Origin: Chitinophaga pinensis
GTDB lineage: Bacteria > Pseudomonadota > Gammaproteobacteria > Burkholderiales > SG8-41
Direction of reading: 5' to 3'
Assembly (NCBI GenBank): GCA_943329075.2
Contig: CALQCM020000004.1
Location: 51,123 to 115,122, forward strand
DNA length: 64,000 nt
Shown: piece after piece, positions 8,837 through 16,612 of the stretch
Position numbering within the stretch: position 1 is the stretch's first letter
Layout: every line of letters begins with the position of its first letter
Notes under the pieces: model-generated
What the model was told of the DNA's origin: nothing
Seen by the model: the letters and a program-made list of their open reading frames with translations, nothing else
The model's database searches: none
Made by a program: the position numbers and the translations under genes

Positions 8837-9727
8837 GTGGGCGCAGAATTTCTCAAGGTTGAAGGGCTGTCTAAATCGTTCGCCGTGGCACGCGGCGGCC
8901 CGCCGCTCGTCGTCTTCGACGAAGTCAACTTCGCCATAGAAAAAGGCGAGTTCGTCTGCATCATCGGGCACTCGGGCTGCGGCAAATCGACCATCCTCAA
9001 TATACTCGCCGGTCTGGATGAGGCGAGCGGCGGCGTCGTCATCATGGACGGCCGTGAAGTGGCGGGGCCGAGTCTCGACCGCGGCGTGGTGTTTCAGGGG
9101 CACGCCTTGATGCCGTGGCTGACAGCCAGGAAAAACGTCGAGTTCGCGGTGCGCTCGCGCTGGCCCGATGCGCGGCGCGCCACCATTGATGAAATCTGTG
9201 ACCGTTACCTGACGATGGTCGGGCTGGCCGGCGCCGCCGACAAGAAGCCGGCGGAGCTCTCCGGCGGCATGAAACAGCGCGTCGGCATTGCGCGCGCGTT
9301 TTCGATCTCGCCGAAGATGTTGCTGCTCGATGAACCGTTTGGCGCGCTCGATGCGCTGACGCGCGGTGTCATCCAGGACGAGCTGCTGAAGATCTGTGCG
9401 GCGACCGGACAGACCGTGTTCATGATCACGCACGATGTGGACGAGGCCATCCTGCTTGCCGACAAAATCATGCTGATGTCGAACGGGCCGGGCGCGCGCA
9501 TCGCCGAGATTGTCGTCAACACGCTGCCGCGCGACCGTAGTCGTCACACTATTCATAAAGACCCGCAGTACTACGCGATCCGCAACCATCTGGTCGATTT
9601 TCTGGTGAGCCGTTCGAAGGTGTTCACCGAGCAGCCGCCCGCCGGTTTCGACCCTTTGCATCCACCGCTCGTCACGCCGGGGCTGCCCGCCGCCGAGACG
9701 CGGCTCGCGCTTGGCGCCCATCGTTAA
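8837..9727 (+). CDS. ABC transporter ATP-binding protein (NrtD/CynD type)
   Basis: GTG 8837 lies just after the permease stop (the ORF track extension to 8528 overlaps the permease). Walker A GHSGCGKST, signature LSGGMKQR, Walker B LLLDEPF. Confidence 0.85.
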   Translation: MGAEFLKVEGLSKSFAVARGGPPLVVFDEVNFAIEKGEFVCIIGHSGCGKSTILNILAGLDEASGGVVIMDGREVAGPSLDRGVVFQGHALMPWLTARKNVEFAVRSRWPDARRATIDEICDRYLTMVGLAGAADKKPAELSGGMKQRVGIARAFSISPKMLLLDEPFGALDALTRGVIQDELLKICAATGQTVFMITHDVDEAILLADKIMLMSNGPGARIAEIVVNTLPRDRSRHTIHKDPQYYAIRNHLVDFLVSRSKVFTEQPPAGFDPLHPPLVTPGLPAAETRLALGAHR

Positions 9728-9748
9728 ACCTTCCACAAGGAGAGAACC

Positions 9749-10201
9749 ATGCAAATCATGAGACGCACCGATGTCACCGAAATGGTCGTTATGGCCAGGA
9801 TCAAGAAGGGCCTGAGCTGGACAAAAATCGCCAAGGTTGTCGGCCAGAGCAAGGAATGGACGACCGCCGCGTTGCTGGGGCAGATGCAGATGACCAAGGC
9901 ACAGGCCAAGGCCGCCGGCAAACTGCTCGGGCTGCCCGACGACGCCGTGTTGCTGCTGCAGCGGGTGCCGTACAAAGGCTCGCTGCCGACCGCGGTGCCG
10001 ACCGATCCGCTGATCTACCGTTTCTACGAACTGGTGAGCATCTACGGCACTACCTTCAAGGAACTCATCCACGAGGAATTCGGCGACGGGATCATGAGCG
10101 CGATTGATTTCAAAATGGATCTCAAGCGCGAGACCGACCCCAAGGGCGACCGCGTCAATATCGTCATGAGCGGCAAATACCTGCAGTACAAGACGTACTA
10201 G
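9749..10201 (+). CDS. cynS: cyanase (cyanate hydratase)
   Basis: 150 aa, with an AAGGAGAG Shine-Dalgarno (SD) sequence upstream. The C-terminal half (YRFYELVSIYGTTFKELIHEEFGDGIMSAIDF...VMSGKYL) is the conserved cyanase domain. Confidence 0.95.
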   Translation: MQIMRRTDVTEMVVMARIKKGLSWTKIAKVVGQSKEWTTAALLGQMQMTKAQAKAAGKLLGLPDDAVLLLQRVPYKGSLPTAVPTDPLIYRFYELVSIYGTTFKELIHEEFGDGIMSAIDFKMDLKRETDPKGDRVNIVMSGKYLQYKTY

Positions 10202-10254
10202 CCGGCGCAAACGAACTGTCCATACGTGAAATCCAACCCTCAATGGGAGGCTCT

Positions 10255-11358
10255 ATGAAAGTCGATCGTAGAAAGTTTCTGACCGCTGCCGGTGGCGCCG
10301 CCGCGGTGTTGGTTGCAGCGCCTGCCATCGCGCAATCGATGCCGGAAGTGCGCTGGCGCTGTGCGTCCAGTTTCCCGAAAAGCCTCGACACCATTTACGG
10401 CGGCGGCGAAGTTATCGCCAAGCGCGTGGCCGCGATCACCGGCGGCAAATTCCAGATCCGCGTGTTCGGTGCCGGCGAAATCGTGCCGGCCTTCGGCACG
10501 GTCGATGCCGTGCAGCAGGGCACCGTCGAATGCACGCACACCGCGGGCTATTATTTCGTCGGCAAGAACAAGGCCTTCGCGTTCGACACCACGGTGCCCT
10601 TCGGCATGAACCAGCGCCAGCAGAACGCCTGGATCTACTGGGGCGGCGGCCTGCAACTGATGCGCGAGTTCTTCAAGGACTACAACATCATTTCGTTTCC
10701 GGCCGGCAACACCGGCACGCAGATGGGCGGCTGGTTCCGCAAGGAAGTCAGAACGCCGGCCGACCTCAAGGGACTGAAGATGCGCATCGCCGGTCTCGGC
10801 GGTGAGGTGATGTCGCGCCTGGGTGCGGTGCCGCAGCAGATTGCCGGCGGCGATATTTATCCGGCGCTGGAGCGCGGCACCATCGACGCCGCCGAATGGG
10901 TCGGCCCCTACGACGACGAGAAACTCGGCTTCTACAAGATCGCGCCGCACTACTATTATCCGGGCTGGTGGGAGGCCTGTTCGATGTACGGCCTCTACGT
11001 CAACATCAAGGAATGGGAAAAACTGCCGAAGGAATACCAGGCCGCACTCGAAGCCGCGTGTTACGAAGCCAATCTCGATATGATGGCTGAGTACGATTTC
11101 AAGAACCCGCAGGCCCTGCAGCGACTGGTGAAAAACGGTGTGCGCCTGCATGCCTTTTCGACGGAGATCATGCGCGCCGCTTACAAGGCCGCATTTGAAC
11201 TCTACGAAGAAGAGTCCGGCAAGAACCCAGCGTGGAAGAAAATCTACGAGTCGTGGAAGAAATTCCGCGAAGACGAGTTTTTGTGGCACCGCGTCGCCGA
11301 GCGTTCGCTGTCGGAGTTTCTCTACAACAATCCGGGCGGCGAGCCGGCCAAAAAGTAA
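10255..11358 (+). CDS. TRAP transporter substrate-binding protein (DctP-like, COG4663 type) with Tat signal
   Basis: ATG 10255 follows GGGAGG. Tat signal MKVDRRKFLTAAGGAAAVLVAAPAIAQ. There are no DctQ/DctM genes nearby. Confidence 0.8.
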   Translation: MKVDRRKFLTAAGGAAAVLVAAPAIAQSMPEVRWRCASSFPKSLDTIYGGGEVIAKRVAAITGGKFQIRVFGAGEIVPAFGTVDAVQQGTVECTHTAGYYFVGKNKAFAFDTTVPFGMNQRQQNAWIYWGGGLQLMREFFKDYNIISFPAGNTGTQMGGWFRKEVRTPADLKGLKMRIAGLGGEVMSRLGAVPQQIAGGDIYPALERGTIDAAEWVGPYDDEKLGFYKIAPHYYYPGWWEACSMYGLYVNIKEWEKLPKEYQAALEAACYEANLDMMAEYDFKNPQALQRLVKNGVRLHAFSTEIMRAAYKAAFELYEEESGKNPAWKKIYESWKKFREDEFLWHRVAERSLSEFLYNNPGGEPAKK

Positions 11359-11374
11359 TCGTGCCGAACCAACG

Positions 11375-11404
11375 AAAAGCCCCGCCGCAGCGGGGCTTTT
11401 TTTT
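11375..11404 (+). terminator. intrinsic terminator
   Basis: gccccgc-cgca-gcggggc followed by T8, 17 nt after the TRAP binding-protein stop. Confidence 0.85.
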
Positions 11405-11484
11405 GCCTGGACGGGGCGGAGTAAAATAGCGGACAGCACCGGGAGCAGCGACCGCTTATTCCCGAATATCCGCGGAACTGCACC

Positions 11485-12051
11485 ATGGACGCTTTTCTCA
11501 CCTCGACGCTGGTCGTCGCGCTCGCCGAAATCGGCGACAAGACGCAACTGCTCTCGCTATTGCTGGCGGCGCGCTACCGCAAGCCGCTGCCGATTGTCGC
11601 CGGCATTTTCGTCGCTACCATCGCCAACCATTTTCTCGCCGCTGCGCTCGGCGCATGGATACGCGAGGTGGCGCCGCCCGATGTCATGCGCTGGGCGGTC
11701 GGCGGTTCGCTGCTCGCCATCGCGTTGTGGACGCTCAAGCCGGACAAACTCGACGGCGAACTCAGGGAATCGACGCGGGCCGGATTGTTTGTGATGACCT
11801 GCGGCGTGTTTTTTCTGGCCGAGATGGGGGACAAGACGCAGATCGCGACTATCGTGCTGGCCGCGCAGTATCAACCGTTGTGGGCGGTGGTGGTTGGCAC
11901 CACGCTCGGTATGATGATTGCCAATGTGCCGGTGGTGTATATGGGCTCGATGGCGGCACACCGCATTCCGTTTCGCGCGGTGCGTATGGCGACGGCTTTG
12001 CTCTTCGCGGTGCTCGGCGTGGCTAGCTTGATGGGCGTCGGTAATGCCTGA
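11485..12051 (+). CDS. UPF0016 (TMEM165/GDT1) family cation (Mn2+/Ca2+) transporter
   Basis: 188 aa and about 6 TM. It has two copies of the E-x-G-D-K-T motif (AEIGDKTQ, AEMGDKTQ). Confidence 0.85.
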   Translation: MDAFLTSTLVVALAEIGDKTQLLSLLLAARYRKPLPIVAGIFVATIANHFLAAALGAWIREVAPPDVMRWAVGGSLLAIALWTLKPDKLDGELRESTRAGLFVMTCGVFFLAEMGDKTQIATIVLAAQYQPLWAVVVGTTLGMMIANVPVVYMGSMAAHRIPFRAVRMATALLFAVLGVASLMGVGNA

Positions 12052-12070
12052 GTGGACGGCTGACACCAAT

Positions 12071-12098
12071 AAAAAAGGCAGCCGAGGCTGCCTTTTTT
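12071..12098. terminator. bidirectional intrinsic terminator
   Basis: A6-ggcagcc..ggctgcc-T6 lies between the convergent UPF0016 gene and rpmE. Confidence 0.75.
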
Positions 12099-12117
12099 AT
12101 TGCCAGCGCGGGCCTGA

Positions 12118-12351
12118 TCAGGCGGCGACGGATTTGCCTTTGGAGCTCGGCGTGTGGGCAAATTTCTGCTTGAACTTCTCGACGCGACCGGCGGTATCGA
12201 CGATCTTCTGCTTGCCGGTGTAGAACGGATGACACTCCGAACACACCTCAACTTGCAGTTCCTTGCCCAGGGTCGAGCGCGTCGTGAACTTGTTTCCGCA
12301 GCTGCAGGAAACAGGTATCTCTTTGTATTCAGGGTGAATTGCAGTCTTCAT
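12118..12351 (-). CDS. rpmE: 50S ribosomal protein L31 (Zn-ribbon type)
   Basis: 77 aa: [12 protein letters not shown]...CSCGN...[13 protein letters not shown]. Confidence 0.95.
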   Translation of the reverse strand: MKTAIHPEYKEIPVSCSCGNKFTTRSTLGKELQVEVCSECHPFYTGKQKIVDTAGRVEKFKQKFAHTPSSKGKSVAA

Positions 12352-12453
12352 GGTGCTGTCCTCGGGCGCTTGGCCGGGTCGCGAAAAGCGGCGATTATCC
12401 CCTAGCGGGCGCCGACATGCAAGTTGCCCGTAAACGGCCCCGGCAGGGTTGGT

Positions 12454-12930
12454 TCAGAGAGGCATGCGGGTCTGGCCGGGCTTCCACGTGTCCAGCAACG
12501 CGCAGCATTTCTGGATCTGCGCGCGGCCGACGTCAGGCGTCACGCTGCGGAACGCGCTGGAACTGGAACTGCCGTCGCCGTGCGAGGTAATGGCGACAAA
12601 ATAGACTTCGCCGCTGCGTGTTTCGAATTCGAGCCGGCCGTTGTCGCCGGCATAGGCGGTCAGCAGATTTTTCCCGGGGCGCACGCTGACGCGGAAATAG
12701 CTCGCCGGCGTGAGCTCGCCGATCAGGCGATTGTCCAGCCACAGAACGGGGAACCCCACATTGGACGGGTAATCCGCCCGATACAGATAGACGATGGCCG
12801 CGCCCGGGGCGCTCTCGAACTGCTTGGCCGCCGCGTCGTCCTGCAGCGACGCCTGCGGTGTCGCAGCGCAGCCGCCCAACAGCATGCTGATGACGGCCAG
12901 TGTAATAGATGCGGCGCGGATATTTTTCAT
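12454..12930 (-). CDS. DUF2846-family lipoprotein
   Basis: 158 aa with lipobox LLGGC and the pattern IVYLYR...W(L)D...G.L....YF...V.PG. Confidence 0.7.
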   Translation of the reverse strand: MKNIRAASITLAVISMLLGGCAATPQASLQDDAAAKQFESAPGAAIVYLYRADYPSNVGFPVLWLDNRLIGELTPASYFRVSVRPGKNLLTAYAGDNGRLEFETRSGEVYFVAITSHGDGSSSSSAFRSVTPDVGRAQIQKCCALLDTWKPGQTRMPL

Positions 12931-12974
12931 GGCGATCCTATGCTACCCCAAGCGCGTGTCGCTTTCCAACCGCG

Positions 12975-13397
12975 TCAGGGCGCGCCGTTCAATTCGTATG
13001 GCAAGACTGCCTGCCGTCCGTAGTCGGCCGGCACCGGCTGGAAATGCGACAGCTCGGTGCCGCGAAAGCGCGACACCGTATGCCGGATGAAATAAAGCCG
13101 GCCGGCCTCCACCGCGAATTCGAAATGGCCGATATCGCCGGCGAAACCGGCCAGCTGGTGGCGGCCGGGAGCAAGTTCGAGACGGAAGTAGGTGCCGCGA
13201 TAGGTCGCGCCCTGATGCGCGCCGTCGAGCGTAAAACTGGCAGGGTTGTCCACGAAATCGATGCGGTCGCGGTAGAGGTAAACAACGGCTTTGTCCGGCA
13301 GCGTTTCAAAACGCTTGGACCTGATTTCCTGCGGCGACGGTTCACGCGTCACACAGGCGGTCAGAGCCAGCGCCAGCAAAACCGTCGCCAAGCGCAT
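12975..13397 (-). CDS. DUF2846-family lipoprotein (paralog of the neighbouring gene)
   Basis: I prefer ATG 13397 (MRLATVLLALALTAC lipobox) over GTG 13424. It shows the same VVYLYR...LDG...YFRLELAPGRH pattern. Confidence 0.7.
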   Translation of the reverse strand: MRLATVLLALALTACVTREPSPQEIRSKRFETLPDKAVVYLYRDRIDFVDNPASFTLDGAHQGATYRGTYFRLELAPGRHQLAGFAGDIGHFEFAVEAGRLYFIRHTVSRFRGTELSHFQPVPADYGRQAVLPYELNGAP

Positions 13398-13481
13398 GAC
13401 TAAAACCGCCGCGGATGTTTTCACCGCCGCTGTGGCATCGCTGCGGTCCGCATCACTGTCGCAATGACGGGCCGCATCGCG

Positions 13482-13777
13482 TTACCCGCGACGCATCGAC
13501 TCGAAGAACTGGCGACCGTGACCCGTTAGCCGAAGGCCCGCTTGCGGGAACGGGCGCCGCGAGTTCGGATTCCGTGCGCAGGCATTCATGGTGAGCCGGC
13601 GGTCGCAGATGTACTTACCCGCGCCGCATCGAGTCGAAGAACTGGCGACCGTGACCCGTTAGCCGAAGGCCCGCTTGCGGGAACGGGTGCCGCGAGTTCG
13701 GATTCCGTGCGCAGGCATTCATGGTGAGCCGGCGGTCGCAGATGTGCTTACCCGCGCCGCATCGAGTCGAAGAACTC
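13482..13777. repeat. 133-bp tandem repeat (2 full units plus 29-nt partial) overlapping the rho stop codon
   Basis: Units 13482-13614 and 13615-13747 are near-identical. Each begins with the 29 nt that also form the 3' end of rho (13748-13776). Confidence 0.9.
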
Positions 13778-15007
13778 GGCGTTGTTTTTGGTCGCGCGCA
13801 GTTTGTCGACGAGGAATTCCGTTGCTTCGAGTTCGTCCATCGGGTAGAGCAGCTTCCTCAGCACCCAGATTTTTTGCAGCACGTCCTGCTTGAGCAGCAG
13901 TTCTTCGCGGCGCGTGCCCGAACGGTTGACGTTGATCGACGGGTAGATGCGTTTCTCCGCCATGCGGCGGTCGAGGTGCACTTCCATGTTGCCGGTGCCC
14001 TTGAATTCTTCGAAGATCACGTCGTCCATGCGCGAGCCGGTGTCGATCAGCGCGGTGGCGATGATGGTCAGTGAGCCGCCTTCTTCGACGTTACGCGCAG
14101 CACCGAAGAAACGCTTCGGGCGCTGCAATGCGTTGGCGTCCACACCGCCGGTCAACACCTTGCCGGAGGCCGGCACCACGGTGTTGTAGGCGCGCGCCAG
14201 ACGTGTAATGGAGTCGAGCAGAATTACGACGTCGCGTTTGTGTTCGACGAGGCGCTTGGCTTTTTCGATCACCATGTCGGCGACCTGCACGTGGCGCGTG
14301 GCCGGTTCGTCGAAGGTGGAGGAGACGACCTCGCCTTTCACCGAGCGCTGCATTTCGGTCACTTCTTCCGGGCGCTCATCGATCAGCAGCACGATCAGAT
14401 AGACCTCGGGATTATTGGTCGAGATCGAATGCGCGATGTGCTGCATCAAAACGGTTTTACCGGCCTTCGGCGGTGACACGATGAGGCCGCGCTGGCCCTT
14501 GCCGATCGGCGCCACGATATCGATGATGCGGCCGGTCAGGTTTTCTTCCGACTTGATGTCGCGTTCCATGATGAAACGCTCGTCCGGAAACAGCGGCGTC
14601 AGGTTCTCGAACAGGATCTTGTTCTTCGAATTCTCGGGCGGCTCTTCGTTGACCTTGTCGACCTTGACCAGTGCGAAGTAGCGCTCGCCGTCTTTCGGCG
14701 TGCGGATCTCACCGTCGATCGAGTCGCCGGTGTGCAGGTTGAAGCGGCGGATCTGGCTCGGGCTGACGTAAATGTCGTCGGTGCCTGCCAGATAGGACGT
14801 GTCGGGCGAGCGCAGGAAGCCGAAGCCGTCGGGCAGCACTTCGAGCGTGCCTTCGCCGAAGATGGCCTCGCCTTTTTTGGCCTGGTTCTTGAGCAGGGCG
14901 AAGATCACTTCCTGCTTGCGCAGGCGGCTCGCACCTTCGATATCGTTGGCAATCGCCATTTCCACCAGTTCGGTAACGGGCAGATTTTTCAGGTCGGATA
15001 AATGCAT
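13748..15007 (-). CDS. rho: transcription termination factor Rho
   Basis: Start taken at ATG 15007 ([18 protein letters not shown]), giving 419 aa. Walker A PPKAGKT and RNA-binding domain motifs are present. The 39-codon N-terminal extension in the ORF track is rejected. Confidence 0.95.
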   Translation of the reverse strand: MHLSDLKNLPVTELVEMAIANDIEGASRLRKQEVIFALLKNQAKKGEAIFGEGTLEVLPDGFGFLRSPDTSYLAGTDDIYVSPSQIRRFNLHTGDSIDGEIRTPKDGERYFALVKVDKVNEEPPENSKNKILFENLTPLFPDERFIMERDIKSEENLTGRIIDIVAPIGKGQRGLIVSPPKAGKTVLMQHIAHSISTNNPEVYLIVLLIDERPEEVTEMQRSVKGEVVSSTFDEPATRHVQVADMVIEKAKRLVEHKRDVVILLDSITRLARAYNTVVPASGKVLTGGVDANALQRPKRFFGAARNVEEGGSLTIIATALIDTGSRMDDVIFEEFKGTGNMEVHLDRRMAEKRIYPSINVNRSGTRREELLLKQDVLQKIWVLRKLLYPMDELEATEFLVDKLRATKNNAEFFDSMRRG

Positions 15008-15210
15008 ATAGGGGGGATCAATTGATGGAGTTGGGGTGTGGTTCGGACTTGCGGAGTTGTGGCGATGCTGCGGTGCTACTAAGGAGAATTCGGGGAAGTT
15101 TGGGAGAGAGTTTGGCTGGAACAACTGGCCGGGCTTGCGCCCGGCGCCGGCATCTTATGCGCTCAACTCAGAGGAGCGGATGCCGGAGATATGCAGGCAG
15201 AGTAACGAGT
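15008..15210 (-). promoter_or_regulatory. rho leader: C-rich/G-poor rut-like tract plus a GC hairpin downstream of trxA
   Basis: By hand count of 15011-15120 the rho-sense RNA has 50 C and 11 G in 110 nt. The hairpin gccgggc-ttgc-gcccggc at 15128-15145 has no T-tract. Confidence 0.45.
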
Positions 15211-15537
15211 TCAGATATTGCTGTCAATAAAAGCTGCCAATTGGGATTTCGACACGGCGCCGACCTTGGTCGCCTCGACATTGCCGTTCTTGAACAGCAT
15301 CAACGTCGGAATGCCGCGAATGCCGTATTTCGGCGGCGTCGCCTGGTTCTCGTCAATGTTGAGCTTTGCGACCTTCAGCTTGCCGGTGTATTCCTTGGCC
15401 ACTTCGTCGAGCACCGGCGCAATCATCTTGCAGGGGCCGCACCATTCCGCCCAATAGTCGACCAGCACCGGCGTTGGCGATTGCAGCACCTCGGCGTCGA
15501 AAGTGTCGTCGGTCACGTGATGGATGTGTTCGCTCAT
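15211..15537 (-). CDS. trxA: thioredoxin
   Basis: Start at ATG 15537 ([14 protein letters not shown]), giving 108 aa. Active site WCGPC. Confidence 0.95.
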   Translation of the reverse strand: MSEHIHHVTDDTFDAEVLQSPTPVLVDYWAEWCGPCKMIAPVLDEVAKEYTGKLKVAKLNIDENQATPPKYGIRGIPTLMLFKNGNVEATKVGAVSKSQLAAFIDSNI

Positions 15538-15809
15538 GAAAGGGCTCCTGCTGTCTGGATGGGTGTGTTTGCCGCCGGGGTATGCGCTGCGCTGGATGGC
15601 GGTGCAACGGAATGAGCCTATGCTAGCAAAAAACAAGGCGGCTTGGGAAGCGCGCAACGCAAACATACGGGACGATCAAATGCCACGCCGTGACGCGCGT
15701 GGTGCGGGGCCGGCGGCCGCGATGCAGGGTATTTGCCGTTTCTGCTAAAATCCCCGCTTCAACTTTGTCCGCCCGCCGCTCGGGGCAGCACAATAAGCCA
15801 AGGATTACC

Positions 15810-16133
15810 ATGACTTACGTCGTTACCGAAACCTGTATCAAGTGCAAATACACCGACTGCGTGGATGTCTGCCCGGTCGATTGTTTCCGCGAAGGCCCGA
15901 ATTTCCTCGTCATCGATCCGGATGAATGCATCGACTGCACGCTATGCGTCGCCGAATGTCCGGTCGAGGCCATCTTCGCCGAAGACGACGTGCCGGACTC
16001 GCAAAAAGAATTTACCGCGCTGAACGCCGAGCTCTCGAAGGTATGGAAACCCATCATCGAGAAGAAAGACGCGCCGGCCGACGCCGATGAGTGGGCGAAG
16101 AACAAAGACAAGAAGCACCTGCTCGAGAAGTAG
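15810..16133 (+). CDS. fdxA: 7Fe (3Fe-4S/4Fe-4S) ferredoxin, Azotobacter FdxA type
   Basis: 107 aa: [26 protein letters not shown]...[12 protein letters not shown]. Confidence 0.9.
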   Translation: MTYVVTETCIKCKYTDCVDVCPVDCFREGPNFLVIDPDECIDCTLCVAECPVEAIFAEDDVPDSQKEFTALNAELSKVWKPIIEKKDAPADADEWAKNKDKKHLLEK

Positions 16134-16234
16134 GCTGTACTGTTCTGCGGCGGTGCGCCGGTCTGTTGCGCGGTGTTTTTCGGTACGGCCGGCCAGCCTG
16201 CAGACAGTGTCCCGGCCATCCTTCTGGAAATGCG

Positions 16235-16558
16235 ATGACCTACGTAGTCACCGAAAGCTGCATTAAATGCAAATACACAGACTGCGTCGTCGTCTGTCCC
16301 GTCGATTGTTTCCGCGAAGGGCCGAATTTTCTCGTCATCGACCCTGAAATCTGCATCGACTGCTCGGTGTGCGTCACCGAGTGCCCGGTTGAAGCAATAT
16401 ACGGACTGGAAGACGTGCCGGAAGCGCAAAAGGACTACATCGCGCTGAACGCCGAGCTCTCGAAGGTATGGAAACCCATCATCGAGAAGAAAGACGCGCC
16501 GGCCGACGCCGATGAGTGGGCGAAGAACAAAGACAAGAAGCACCTGCTCGAGAAGTAA
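16235..16558 (+). CDS. 7Fe ferredoxin, tandem paralog of fdxA
   Basis: 107 aa: [26 protein letters not shown]...[12 protein letters not shown]. The last 117 nt are identical to the first copy. Confidence 0.9.
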   Translation: MTYVVTESCIKCKYTDCVVVCPVDCFREGPNFLVIDPEICIDCSVCVTECPVEAIYGLEDVPEAQKDYIALNAELSKVWKPIIEKKDAPADADEWAKNKDKKHLLEK

Positions 16559-16612
16559 ACACCCGTCACGGTGGCGCCCGCCGCCGTGATCTTCCCCGCG
16601 TTCGGCGCTATC

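Noticed and set aside
11405-11484. A yybP-ykoY (Mn2+) riboswitch upstream of the UPF0016 gene, suggested by acggggcggagtaaaatagc.
   Set aside because: There is only a loose resemblance to the GGGGAGUAG core, and I cannot identify the second conserved loop or the four-helix architecture. It needs a covariance-model scan before any claim.
13555-13590. A tRNA-like T-loop (gcGAGTTCGGATTCCgt) plus a 7-bp terminal pairing GCGACCG/CGGTCGC in the rho-repeat element.
   Set aside because: I could not fold a cloverleaf. The putative T-stem has only 2 Watson-Crick pairs, the 3' acceptor strand lies about 25 nt too far away, and there is no D-arm or anticodon arm.
13482-13777. The tandem repeat as a CRISPR array.
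   Set aside because: There are only two full 133-bp units with no unique spacers between them, the unit is far longer than a CRISPR repeat, and there are no cas genes.
13542-13893. ORFs 13542..13727 and 13675..13893 inside the rho repeat, and ORF 22533..22943 inside the addA-downstream mosaic.
   Set aside because: They are created by the repeats themselves (the same DPLAEGPLAGT-type peptide recurs in each copy) and lack plausible start contexts.
13748-15124. The 458-aa version of the rho ORF, and the similarly extended track ORFs for trxA, the SDR, the ABC ATPase and several Bug genes.
   Set aside because: The conserved N-termini start at internal ATG or GTG codons (for example MHLSDLKN for Rho and MSEHIHH for TrxA). 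The extensions overlap neighbouring genes or intergenic repeats.
15721-15760. A sigma-70 promoter for fdxA based on TAAAAT at 15746-15751.
   Set aside because: No acceptable -35 hexamer lies 16-19 nt upstream.
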